Part shown: one piece after another, positions 53,776-64,000 of the stretch
Numbering within the stretch: position 1 is the stretch's first letter
Layout of the letters: each line of letters starts with the position of its first letter
Origin: Octopus sinensis
Lineage: Eukaryota
Assembly (NCBI RefSeq): GCF_006345805.1
Contig: NC_043011.1
Span: 4,526,001-4,590,000, forward strand
Direction: 5' to 3'
DNA: 64,000 bases
Made by a program: the position numbers and the translations under genes
The notes under the pieces: generated by a model
Told to the model about the DNA's origin: nothing
Databases searched by the model: none
The model's input: the letters and a program-made list of their open reading frames with translations, nothing else

Positions 53776-54844
53776 TGTATGTATGTATGTATGTATGTAT
53801 GTATGTATGTGTGTATGTATGTATATATATATATATACATCTGTCTGTCTCTCTGTCTCTTTCTATCTCTCTCTATCTATAGAATATTTTATCTATTAGC
53901 TGTTTCAGCTGTTAGACTGCGTCCATGCTAGGGCACCGCCTTGAAGGATTTCAGTCCAACGAATCGCGTTCAGTACCCTTTTCCTTTAAAGCCTAGTACT
54001 TATTCTATCGGTCTCTTTTGCTGAACCGCTAATTATGGGGGCGTAGACACATCAAGACCGGTTGTCAAGTGGTGAAGAGGGTCAAACAGGCACACACACA
54101 CACGCACACACACACACGCATGGACACACATGCACACACACACACACACACACACCTATGTACCTGCAGCCCCTGTAGCAGAGGTGTTCCAATAATTAAT
54201 TCCCGGTCGTCAACCTGGTATCATTATGTAAAAGGAATTATGCCTCTCACAGTCTTGTTTTCATTTTCAGTTGCCCCTCATTGTAATTTATCTTCAATAG
54301 CTTGAAAGGCAATCTAAGTGATCCCTGATGAGTCTTAAGAAAGACTCGCCTGGGATCTGCCCTCATTCTGGGTTTCTGAAGGTCATGGAGTTTAACTACG
54401 TGGATTTAATTTTATAACAAGGCTAAATATGTTTATTAGATATATACTATGACTCCTCTTTATTCTTCTTCCTACCCTTTCTCCTCTTTCTCTTTTCTCC
54501 TCCTCTTCTTCACCATCATCTTCATCATCGTCATTTTATGTACACTCTCCCATACGGATATGGGTTGAGCAACAAACAACATCGTAATCATTAACGTAGA
54601 ATACCCCAGAACAACCAAATAATTTGAAACGCTTCCCAAAACATTCCAGAAAGAAACAAAAATTCAACCCTAATTACTCAGCACATAAAACTTTGGGATA
54701 CAGTCAAACATAATACACAAACAACACACGAGAGAACTTCTGCGTAGTCGTTCGATTAGCTAGAAACAGCTACCAGGTATGTTTTAGATCTCACTCTACT
54801 GTCTTAAACAGAGAAGGAATGTTTGATTGTACTATACCTATTTC

Positions 54845-55255
54845 TATTTCTTTATTACCCACAAGGGGCTAAACATAGAAGGGACAAACAAAGACAGACA
54901 TAGGTATTAAGTCGAATACATCGACCCCAGTGCGTAACTGGTACTTAATTTATCGACCCCGAAAGGATGAAAGGCAAAGTCGACCTCGGCGAAATTTGAA
55001 CTCACAACGTAACGACAGACGAAATACAGCGACGCATTTCGCCCGGCGGACTACCAGGTTACAGTTGACCTTGGATTAAGCAAGGTATTTCGTCTGTCTT
55101 TATGTTCTGAGTTCAAATTCCACCGCGGCTGACTTTGCCTTTCATCCTTTCGGGGTCGATAAATTAAGTACCAGTTGCGTACTGGAGTAGATCTAATCGA
55201 TTGGTCCTCTTCCCCCAAATTTCGAGCTTTGTGCCTAGAGTGGAAAAGATTATTA
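54845..55255. mobile_element. SINE-A1 (minus, 54845-55050) and partial SINE-A2 (plus, 55083-55255), head to head
   Basis: Family A cores in both orientations. Confidence 0.82.
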
Positions 55256-55451
55256 TTGCAGGTTTTGACGGTGCAGGCTCATGAGTAATTTAGCGAAGAC
55301 AATAGTTGGAGAAAAGTTCAACAATTAAACACAGCAGATATAATTGTTTTAACTTCATTAAAATATTAGTTTCAAATTTTGGCATAAAGTACGGAACGCA
55401 ACCATCACGCTACAACAAATTTTACGCAATATACATACATACATACATACA

Positions 55452-55518
<67 letters not shown>

Positions 55519-55530
55519 ATGTATGTATAT

Positions 55531-55948
55531 TTACTCTTTTACTCTTTACTCTTTTACTTGTTTCAGTCATTTGACTGCGGCCATGCTGGAGCACCGCCTT
55601 TAGTCGAGCAAATCGACCCCGGGACTTATTCTTTGTAAGCCTAGTACTTATTCTATCGGTCTCTTTTTGCCGAACCGCTAAGTGACGGGGACGTAAACAC
55701 ACCAGCATCGGTTGTCAAGCAATGCTAGGGGGACAAACACAAACACACAAACACACACATACACATATATATATATACATATATACGACAGGCTTCTTTC
55801 AGTTTCCGTCTACCAAATCCACTCACAAGGCATTGGTCGGCCCGGGGCTATAGTAGAAGACACTTGCCCAAGATGCCACTCAGTGGGACTGAACCCGGAA
55901 CCATGTGGTTGGTAAGCAAGCTACTTACCACACAGCCACTCCTGCGCC
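55531..55948 (-). mobile_element. SINE family B, full copy with (TAAAAGAG)n tail
   Basis: Reverse complement of family B. Confidence 0.92.
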
Positions 55949-56012
55949 TACATATATTATATAATATATATTATATATATATATAATATATATATAATAT
56001 GTATATGTATAT

Positions 56013-56128
<116 letters not shown>

Positions 56129-57146
56129 AACACACATAACATTTTCAACAGGGTTCTCTTTATACACACACAAACACAAAGCCCGCCACCTACCCATTCA
56201 CATAAAAACACGCACGTGCATGGAACTAACTTCCATCTACGACAGGAAAATGTTTGAACCGACCCTCCTCACAAGTCTCTATTACACAAAACACAAAATG
56301 TTCAACACCTTAAGAGACGAAGGAGCTGTCAATTTTCTTGAGTTCACACTCTGCCGTCTCAAAAAAAAAAAACAACAAAAAAGGGACACATTAGCCAATG
56401 TAGCGCTAGATAAACAAAAAGACTCCACTGCTTAAATAGCTGAAATCATAAGATTATTCTACCGAGGCTGGCAAAGACTGAAAGAAGTAAAAGAATAGAT
56501 GAAATGAACGCCTGAAACACATTTCTTCTTCTCTCCCCATTTTTTGTCCTTGTCTTTTCTTTTAGTAGAAGAGCATTTGTTCGAAACATGAGTCTTTCTC
56601 TTCTATTTTTCCTGAGCGTAAACCTAATACACATTTTTTCTTTTTTGCACCATTATAAGACTCTCCAGTATAGGACTCCTGTCGTCCGCAACTTCTGGCT
56701 GAACAAGCTCCACACATAACTTAGTTATAGTGATCAAATGTTTGAGCTGTACATAAGCTCACTCGCTCCATCAAATCAACAATACATGTGCAGGGGAACA
56801 GTGTGCGCCACATGTCAGACACCAAAGTGACCGCAGACCAACGAGAAAATAAATGTTTTGCTCAAAAACACAAACGCACTCCAACCCTCTTCAGTAGAGA
56901 AATCGAAACCACATTTTCGCAATTGTGAGTACAACGCCCTCGTCGAAGGGTCGCGCGTTTTCACTAATCGTAGTTGGCAAATATTACCTCTTGATGCCGT
57001 GAAACTTGCGCAGTGCACAAAATAAAAATCACCACTTACACTTTCCTGACTAGTGTAACAAGCTTCCGTCCTCTCGTTTACACCTTCCCACTTACCACCA
57101 ACGCAGCCTTAGCTTTAATTCTCAAAAATTAGTTTAGTTTCATACC

Positions 57147-57380
57147 TATTTCTTTATTACCCATAAGGGGCTAAACATAGAGGGGACAAACAAGGACAGA
57201 TAGAGGTATTAAGTCGATTACATCGACCCCAGTGTGTAACTGGTACTTAATTTATCGACCCCGAAAGGATGAAAGGCAAAGTCGACCTCGGCGGAATTTG
57301 AACTCACAACGTAACGCAGACGAAATACCGCTAAGCATTTCTCCCGGCGTGCTAACGTTTCTGCCAGCTCGCCGCCTTTA
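57147..57380 (-). mobile_element. SINE-A1 between 61-bp imperfect direct repeats
   Basis: Repeats at 57086-57146 and 57381-57441 (8 mismatches). Confidence 0.9.
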
Positions 57381-57884
57381 TCCCACTTTATACCAACACA
57401 GCCTAAGCTTTCCTTCTCAAAAATTAGTTTAGTTTCAGACCAGATGACACCGTGTTCACACATTCCTCTATCCCATCACTCGACGTAGCTTCGCAACTAT
57501 TCCAAAGTATCTAGAAACATGATTCCAAAGGAACACACATAAACTGGCACTTACCGAAACCACTGTCTCTTCCTTATTAGCAACACAAGAGAATATCAAC
57601 CACATCCAGCAACATGTCACATACAAACACACACACACATATACAGGCACATATAGGCACGTACACACATAAACACACATACAGCGAAGACAACAATACT
57701 ATCAGTTACATTAAACAACTCCTGAACATGTCATAACACATGTAGGAAGACAGAATAAACCAATGATTCTCAATATATTTGACGTTGTGGCGCACCAGAG
57801 ATCAAATAAAAAAATTTTCTGACACATTGCGCATATGGAAAGTTAAAAGAAAACGGCTATAAAGATAGGAAACACACACACATA

Positions 57885-57926
<42 letters not shown>

Positions 57927-58355
57927 ACACACACACACACACACACGCATGCACGCACGTACAGGCATTTTATTTTTGTTGATCACTCCCTATACCAGCA
58001 CAGCAGCTGACCAGAGAGAATGTAAGGCCCGTGTGTTCAATGAACGAATAGATATACATCTTCACACACACACATCTCAATAGCAAACACCATATTGTAC
58101 CGTTTTATCTGTGCTGATTACTCATTAGTACGATGCTCAACGGATTAAATGATTAAAAACTGCACAAGACATGTCGCCTAAATACCAGATAAAGTATTTC
58201 AATGCATCAAATTTACATTATTTTGTTCTAGGAGAAAGTTTTTCAAAAGTTATTTTGTATATATTTTTCAGATATCTGTGTGTGTGCGTGCGTGCGCGCG
58301 CATGTGCATGTATGTTTGCGTGTATGTGTGTATGTATATATATATATATATATAT

Positions 58356-58649
58356 TTGTTCCTTCTTGAGCCATGCCTGGCTCATAAGGGCCGGTTTCCC
58401 GGTTTCCTTGGCGTATAGGTTCCCACCTGGATGGGACGCCGGTCCATCGTAGGTGAGCTGCAAGATGCAGGAGGAAAGAGTGAGAGAAAGTTGTGGCGAA
58501 AGAGTCAGAAGTTCGCCATTACCTTCTGCCGGAGCCGCTTGGAGCTTAGGTGTTTCGCTCATAATTGCACACATCGCCCGGTCTAAGATTCGAACCCGCG
58601 ATCCCTCGACCGCGAGTCCGCTGCTCTAGTCACGAGGCCATGTGCCTCC
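58356..58649 (-). mobile_element. SINE family C (tRNA-like head), tail type 1
   Basis: Head GGAGGCACATGGCCTCGTGACTAGAGCAGCGGACTCGC...GGTTCGAATC; body shared with 59357-59535. Confidence 0.8.
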
Positions 58650-59157
58650 ACACACACACATATGTATATATACACACACCTACATATACATATATATATA
58701 TGTATATCTATATAATAAAGATGAACATGTGTGTGTGCGTGTGTGTGTGTGCGTGTGTCTGTGTGTGTGAGTGTGTGTCTGTCTGTCCATCTATAACAAG
58801 AAAGGCTACAGCATTTATATAAAAATTAAAAGCTAATTCTTGTGTAAAATTTGATGCCGAAGACAATGGACGTGGTCTCGCGTCTGTAGGTGACCTCCTA
58901 AGGGTGCTACGGGGCCCTTTTCCAACATGTATATACCGCAGTTCCCAAATAAATGACCGGTCGAAGTGAGATAACTAAACGTACTATAATTCATTGCACT
59001 TCCATCAAACAAAAATATAAGTAGCTTTTCTTAGACAAGTTTAAGATGACGTTGACAACGGTTGTGCGAAAGATCGGTGATGGCACCAAAGAACATTCCT
59101 GCGAATAATTTAACTGAAAGACTCGAGAAAATTTTATCAGGAAATGGATGTATGGAA

Positions 59158-59535
59158 GCACTCCGTCGGTTACGACGATGAGGGTTCCGGTTGATCCGAA
59201 TCAACGGAACAGCCTGTTCGTGAAATTAACGTGTAAGTGGCTGAGCACTCTACAGACACGTGCACCCTTAACGTAGTTCTCGAGGATATTCAGCGTGACA
59301 CAGAGAATGACAAGGCCGACCCTTTGAAATACAGGTACAACAGAAACAGGAAGTAAGAGTGAGAGAAAGTTGTGGTGAAAGAGTACAGCAGGGATCACCA
59401 CCATCCCCTGCCGGAGCCTCGTGGAGCTTTAGGTGTTTTCGCTCAATAAACACTCACAACGTCCGGTCTGGGAATCGAAACCGCGATCCTATAACCGCGA
59501 GTCCGCTGCCCTAACCACTGGGCCATTGCGCCTCC
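59158..59535 (-). mobile_element. SINE family C, tail type 2
   Basis: Same head and body as 58478-58649 but a different 3' half, ending ...CCCTCATCGTCGTAACCGACGGAGTGC. Confidence 0.8.
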
Positions 59536-59544
59536 AGGAAATGA

Positions 59545-60070
59545 ACATGTTAACAAATCTATACACTCTGTTGTTGATAACTCGGAAATTGTCAATTACC
59601 CGGTTGAGGTCTTTAACTTACTGGATCCAAAAGGAGCTCATCCTCATCGCCTTCTGTTGAAAATAGGCACTCCAATCATGCTTCTGCAGAACCTTTTTCA
59701 ACCAAAGCTTTGCAATGGCACAAGCCTTGCCGTGAAGAAAGTAACAAGAAATGTCATAGAGGCCACAATAATTTCTGTTTGTAGAAAAGGCGAAGATTTT
59801 TTTTTTATTCCACGCTTACCTTTAATACCTTCCAATATGCCCTTCGAATGCAAACGACATCAATTTCCAATACGTCAGTCTTTTGCGATGTCTATTAATA
59901 AGCCCTAAGATCAGACCTTGAAAGTTACTGCTTTGCAAATAGAGTGGGACTGTTTTTCACACAGTCAGTTATATGTTGGGGCTCCAGATCGGAGAGCAAG
60001 GACAAACGTTTCATTTTCGCCCCTACTGGTAAAGCCCTAAACCTTGTCTATAAGGACATTTTTAGCATTG
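59545..60070 (+). mobile_element. Helitron Pif1-helicase C-terminal fragment
   Basis: [38 protein letters not shown]...IPRLPLIPS...[19 protein letters not shown]...CFSHSQLYV. Confidence 0.9.
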
Positions 60071-60349
60071 GATCAACAAACTAAAATTTGCAGATGAATA
60101 ATAACTTTGAATTAATATTGTCAACGTTACATTTTATTCGCCTGAGAAAAGCTATTTGTATCTTTGTTTGTTGGTATACTTAAGTTCAATAAATTATAGT
60201 ACATATGTTTTTAGTTATCTTGTACTAGATATAAACCATGCTTGAGCGATGTCTGCTTTAGTTATAGACTGAAATACTAGAGATCATAAATCAAAAGTTT
60301 ATATGCACAAAGCTGTAGAATTCTTTACTGCTACAGAAGCTGAACGGTA

Positions 60350-62050
60350 GGCAGTAAGAATTGATTACATCAGCATCGAAGGAAAGGATTTAATGCTAGC
60401 AATAGATGAATATAGATGCAAACGCAGCTGCTGGCCCTGATGGATTCCCAGCAATCCTCCTCAAGTTATGCAAAGAGTCCTTGCAAAACTATTGCAGCTA
60501 CTTTTACAGAGCTTCCTCGCAAATGGTAAGCTCCCAGACAAACTAAAGGAGGGAATAATATGCCCTATCCATAAAGGACAAAGCAGAGCAGAGGCTAAAA
60601 ATATAGGCCTATCTCTCTGACCTCATAATTCAGCAAAATCATGGAACGACTAGTCCGAAGGAAATTAATTACATTCCTTGAAGAGAATGATTTGTTGACT
60701 GACACCCACCATGGTTTTCGACCGAGTAGAAGCTGCCTGACACAGTTCTTGCAGCATGACGACTAGGTGCTAAAGCAGCTGCTCAACAACTGAAATGTGG
60801 ACGTGATATATCTCGACTTTAAAAATGCCTTTGACAGAGTCGACTATGGTAGGATTTGTCACAAGCTCCGAAATCTTAGCATCTATGGAAAACTTGGAGA
60901 ATGGCTGCACGACTTTCTAAAATATAGAAGTCAGGTAGTAGTGGTCAACATGGCGACCTCCGAGAAAATACAAATAATGAGTTATGTTCCACAGGGTACT
61001 GTCCTGGGGCCACTGCTATTCATAGTGGCCCTCCCTGACATGCACTCAGCTGCTCAAGTGCCTACCCTTGCTAGCTATGCAGAAGATACAAAAGTCTCTC
61101 AGAGGATATAGAGCCCTGGAGACGTTGTGCATCTGCAACATGAGTTGGAAGAAATATACAGGCGGGCGGAGTAAAATAACATGCAGTTTAATACTGGAAA
61201 ATCCCAAGCCCTGCGCTGCTAACACAGGAAGCTCAATGAAAAGCAGATAGGATACACTGGCCCGGGAGGGATTTCAATCCCTGAATCAAAATCAGTGCGT
61301 GACCTGGACATTAACATGAGTAATGATACATCTTTACAGGTGCATATTACTAATTTGGCAATAAAATGCAGATGCCTGGACGGGTGGATCTTTCGAACTT
61401 TTAAAACAATGGAAAAGGAAACCTTGATGGTCCTCTGAAGGACTTTCGTTCTCAACCGCCTGGATTACTGCACCCAACTGTGGCCACCAAGCAGTGTAAA
61501 ATTAACGACGGAACTCGAGGCGAACCAGCGGAGCTAAACAAGGGAGATCGATACAATGCGACACATCAGGTACTGGGAGAGACTGAAAGAGTTAAGACTC
61601 TTCTCTCTGGAGCGAAGGTAGGACGGATATGCAATGATATGCATTTGGAAAATCCTAGAAAAATTTGTTCCAAACTTTGGCGTTGTCAGTTACACAAACA
61701 GCAGGACGGAGCGCTGCTGCATGGCACCTAAGGCCCCAACATTGCCATCAGGATACAAGACCAGATTCTGCAACAGTTTGAGTTTCAAAAGCCCATATCT
61801 CTTCAATATCCTCCCACCAAAGCCTGAGAGACATGCATGACGTGGATGTAGGATTTTTTAAAGCAAAACTAAATCTCCTTCTCTCAAGAGTTCCGGATGA
61901 ACCTACCTCTTGGCAAGAAACACAGATGAAGGCAGCAAAGTCAAACTCCCTCATCCACCAAATGTAACGTATCAGAAGAGGTTTAGTAAAAGTGTAGCAA
62001 AGTAAATGGCGGTGCTCCAGCATGTCCTCAGTCATTGGACAGAAACTTAG
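60350..62050 (+). mobile_element. 5'-truncated CR1-group LINE (RT, C-terminus and 3' end)
   Basis: AAGPDG, YRPISLT, HGFRPSRSCLT, VIYLDFKNAFDRV, VPQGTVLGPLLF, YAEDTK and RYWERLKELRLFSLERR. The 3' end reads GGCGGTGCTCCAGCATG. Confidence 0.92.
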
Positions 62051-64000
62051 AGAAAAAAAACCAAAAAAATATATATAAATATATATATATATATCATTGT
62101 TATTATGCAAAAGTATCGTAATTCCAAAACGTTGCTTTTTCAGAAAACGAAAAAATAGTTTCACCATTCCATAGCAAAACCGTTGTACAATACTCTGACA
62201 GGTTTTGATATCTTGGCATCTGAAGCAGCTGGAGATACGATAGTTTGACAAAAAGAAAATGAAGGATGCTTCTCGTAAAATGTGGTCCATGCTTGAGCTA
62301 CACCTATAAATGTTTTAAAAGGCTGAATGATCACGAGTAGAATGTTTTTAGGTCATAGGTCTGCTTGAACAGAGCCAGCTTGGGGTTTATACATCACCAC
62401 TCTTACTACCTAACCTTACTACCATATCCACCACCACCAACACCAACAACAACAACGGAAACAACAACAACAACACTAACACCACCACCACAACAACAAC
62501 AACAGCAACAGCAATTACTACTCATCTCTAGCACTATTCATCATCGGGAGTTTCTTGTGAAGTTGCTTCATCGCAAGACAAGTCGACAGTCCTGCACTTT
62601 CTAATCCCCCACATTTAATTAACTTAGGAATAATTCAAAGGGTTTGGTAATCCCGTCTTTCTCTACTTCAATTACCCACTCGCTGTGACCTCTAAGTGCA
62701 GAAACATGCACACATTGCAAATGACGCAACTGGAAACTTCCTCCCCTCTCCTTCTGCACTCAAACGTCATCCACATGAAGTCTCGATACGTTGCAACAGA
62801 TGGACATCCTATCCGTGACACACAGTTCTCCTTTGTAAGCCGACTGTAATGCAAACATAACCACCAAGTGTCATTTCAACAACACCACAAGCATTCTTGT
62901 CGCGATTCCTGTCAAAGAAGTTTCTGTGAATTCTGTGAAAACCATCTTTCAGTTTTTTCAACAATGTGTTTTTCTTATGTACGAAACAGCAACCCCAGAT
63001 TTTAAAATTCCGTTGTTTGAGTGATTTCAAAGATAAACAACAAGCGCTTTTTATATAGGCCTAGAGCTATATATTTATGGTGGGTGTGAAGAGTGTTAGT
63101 TAATTATAGCGATTTTAGTACTCCATTGGTATTTTATTTTATCGACCCCAGAATCACAAGAAATTAATTTGACCTTAGCAGAATTCGAGCTCAAAATGAC
63201 AAAAGTGAGAACAACTACCACAAAACACTTTGTCCAACACTCCAAGTATCTGCCTATCCACCATCCTCAATTTCGGCGATAATAATGGAAAGAAAAGAAA
63301 ATAGTAAATACAATGTTATTACCAGTTCAAATATGCTTGTCGAACGTTCGAATTCGTAAGCAAGCCATTCACTGTGTTTTGTCATGGAGAAAATTTCTCA
63401 ATGAAGACAGATTGTGCAAATACACCTGAATCAGCTCGTAGCGCCACAAGCATTTCGGAGTGGTTATCTCCTCTTCAGTCACAGAAATCGGACGGGGGCA
63501 CTGCGAGCTGATAAGAGAGATTGTCTCTCTTATACTGTTTCAGTCCTCGTTCAATGACTGGTAGCGTAATCAGTGTTGGTTGTGATTGTGGTGGTTTTAG
63601 CCATAGTTTATTGCTGGGTATTACTTTAAGTCGTATCTTTATCCTTAAACAAAGTCTCTGCGCAAGCCGTCAGTCACCCTAAAGATGACCAAATGGTCCT
63701 CGTCGCTCCGACGGACGAACATAACAAGCCCAATGTTAGTTCTGACTGAGAAAACCCGAACAAAGGTATTCCCTAGTTAAAGGCATACCTAACAGTCTTC
63801 CCACTTATTTGTATAATATTGTCCCTCCTTTTCTATCATTTAAGATGGCATGGTGCACTTTCCAGGTGAGTTAGCTGCCATTTCTAGCATGTCGAGCAAT
63901 GCTAGATTATCTTTTCTGATCATTGACAGTGATCACCCACATAAAATACAGAAAAGATTGCCTCATTGACAGTGAATGTCTTAGAAAACACCTCAGACAA

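Noticed and set aside
54320-54357. CTGATGA within the hairpin GATCCC..GAGTC/GACTC..GGGATC
   Set aside because: No GAAA after stem II and no stem III, so it is not a hammerhead
56220-57018. Short ORFs and isolated splice-like sites
   Set aside because: No homology and no consistent exon chain

Overview
AT-rich, microsatellite-dense eukaryotic DNA. The SINE families and repeat content suggest a cephalopod, probably Octopus (inference). Only one host-gene segment is confidently recognisable: the last coding exon of an M28B glutamate carboxypeptidase II / NAALADase (FOLH1/NAALAD2-like) at 25-238 (+). The rest is mostly mobile-element debris. It includes three or four tRNA-headed SINE families (about 45 copies or fragments), RTE, CR1, L1-Tx1 and R4/Dong LINE fragments, two Penelope-like elements each with an inverted copy of its own 3' end, Tc1/mariner copies and MITEs, and Helitron/Helentron pieces. 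There is also a 100-N scaffold gap and a ~5.8-kb (ATT)n array. The most notable signals are: (i) hammerhead-ribozyme-like folds with variant cores in the Penelope 3' region and in a short non-coding element; (ii) a double fold-back Penelope cassette bracketed by an identical 97-bp direct repeat; (iii) an apparent GGTAY target preference of a young SINE; (iv) a CR1 LINE whose 3' end matches the tail of the CORE-like SINE; (v) a Dong element abutting the giant ATT array; (vi) several perfect hairpins. No database searches or folding programs were run, coordinates are hand-counted and approximate, and indel-type differences between repeat copies suggest partly unpolished long-read sequence. No CRISPR, rRNA or true tRNA genes were seen.
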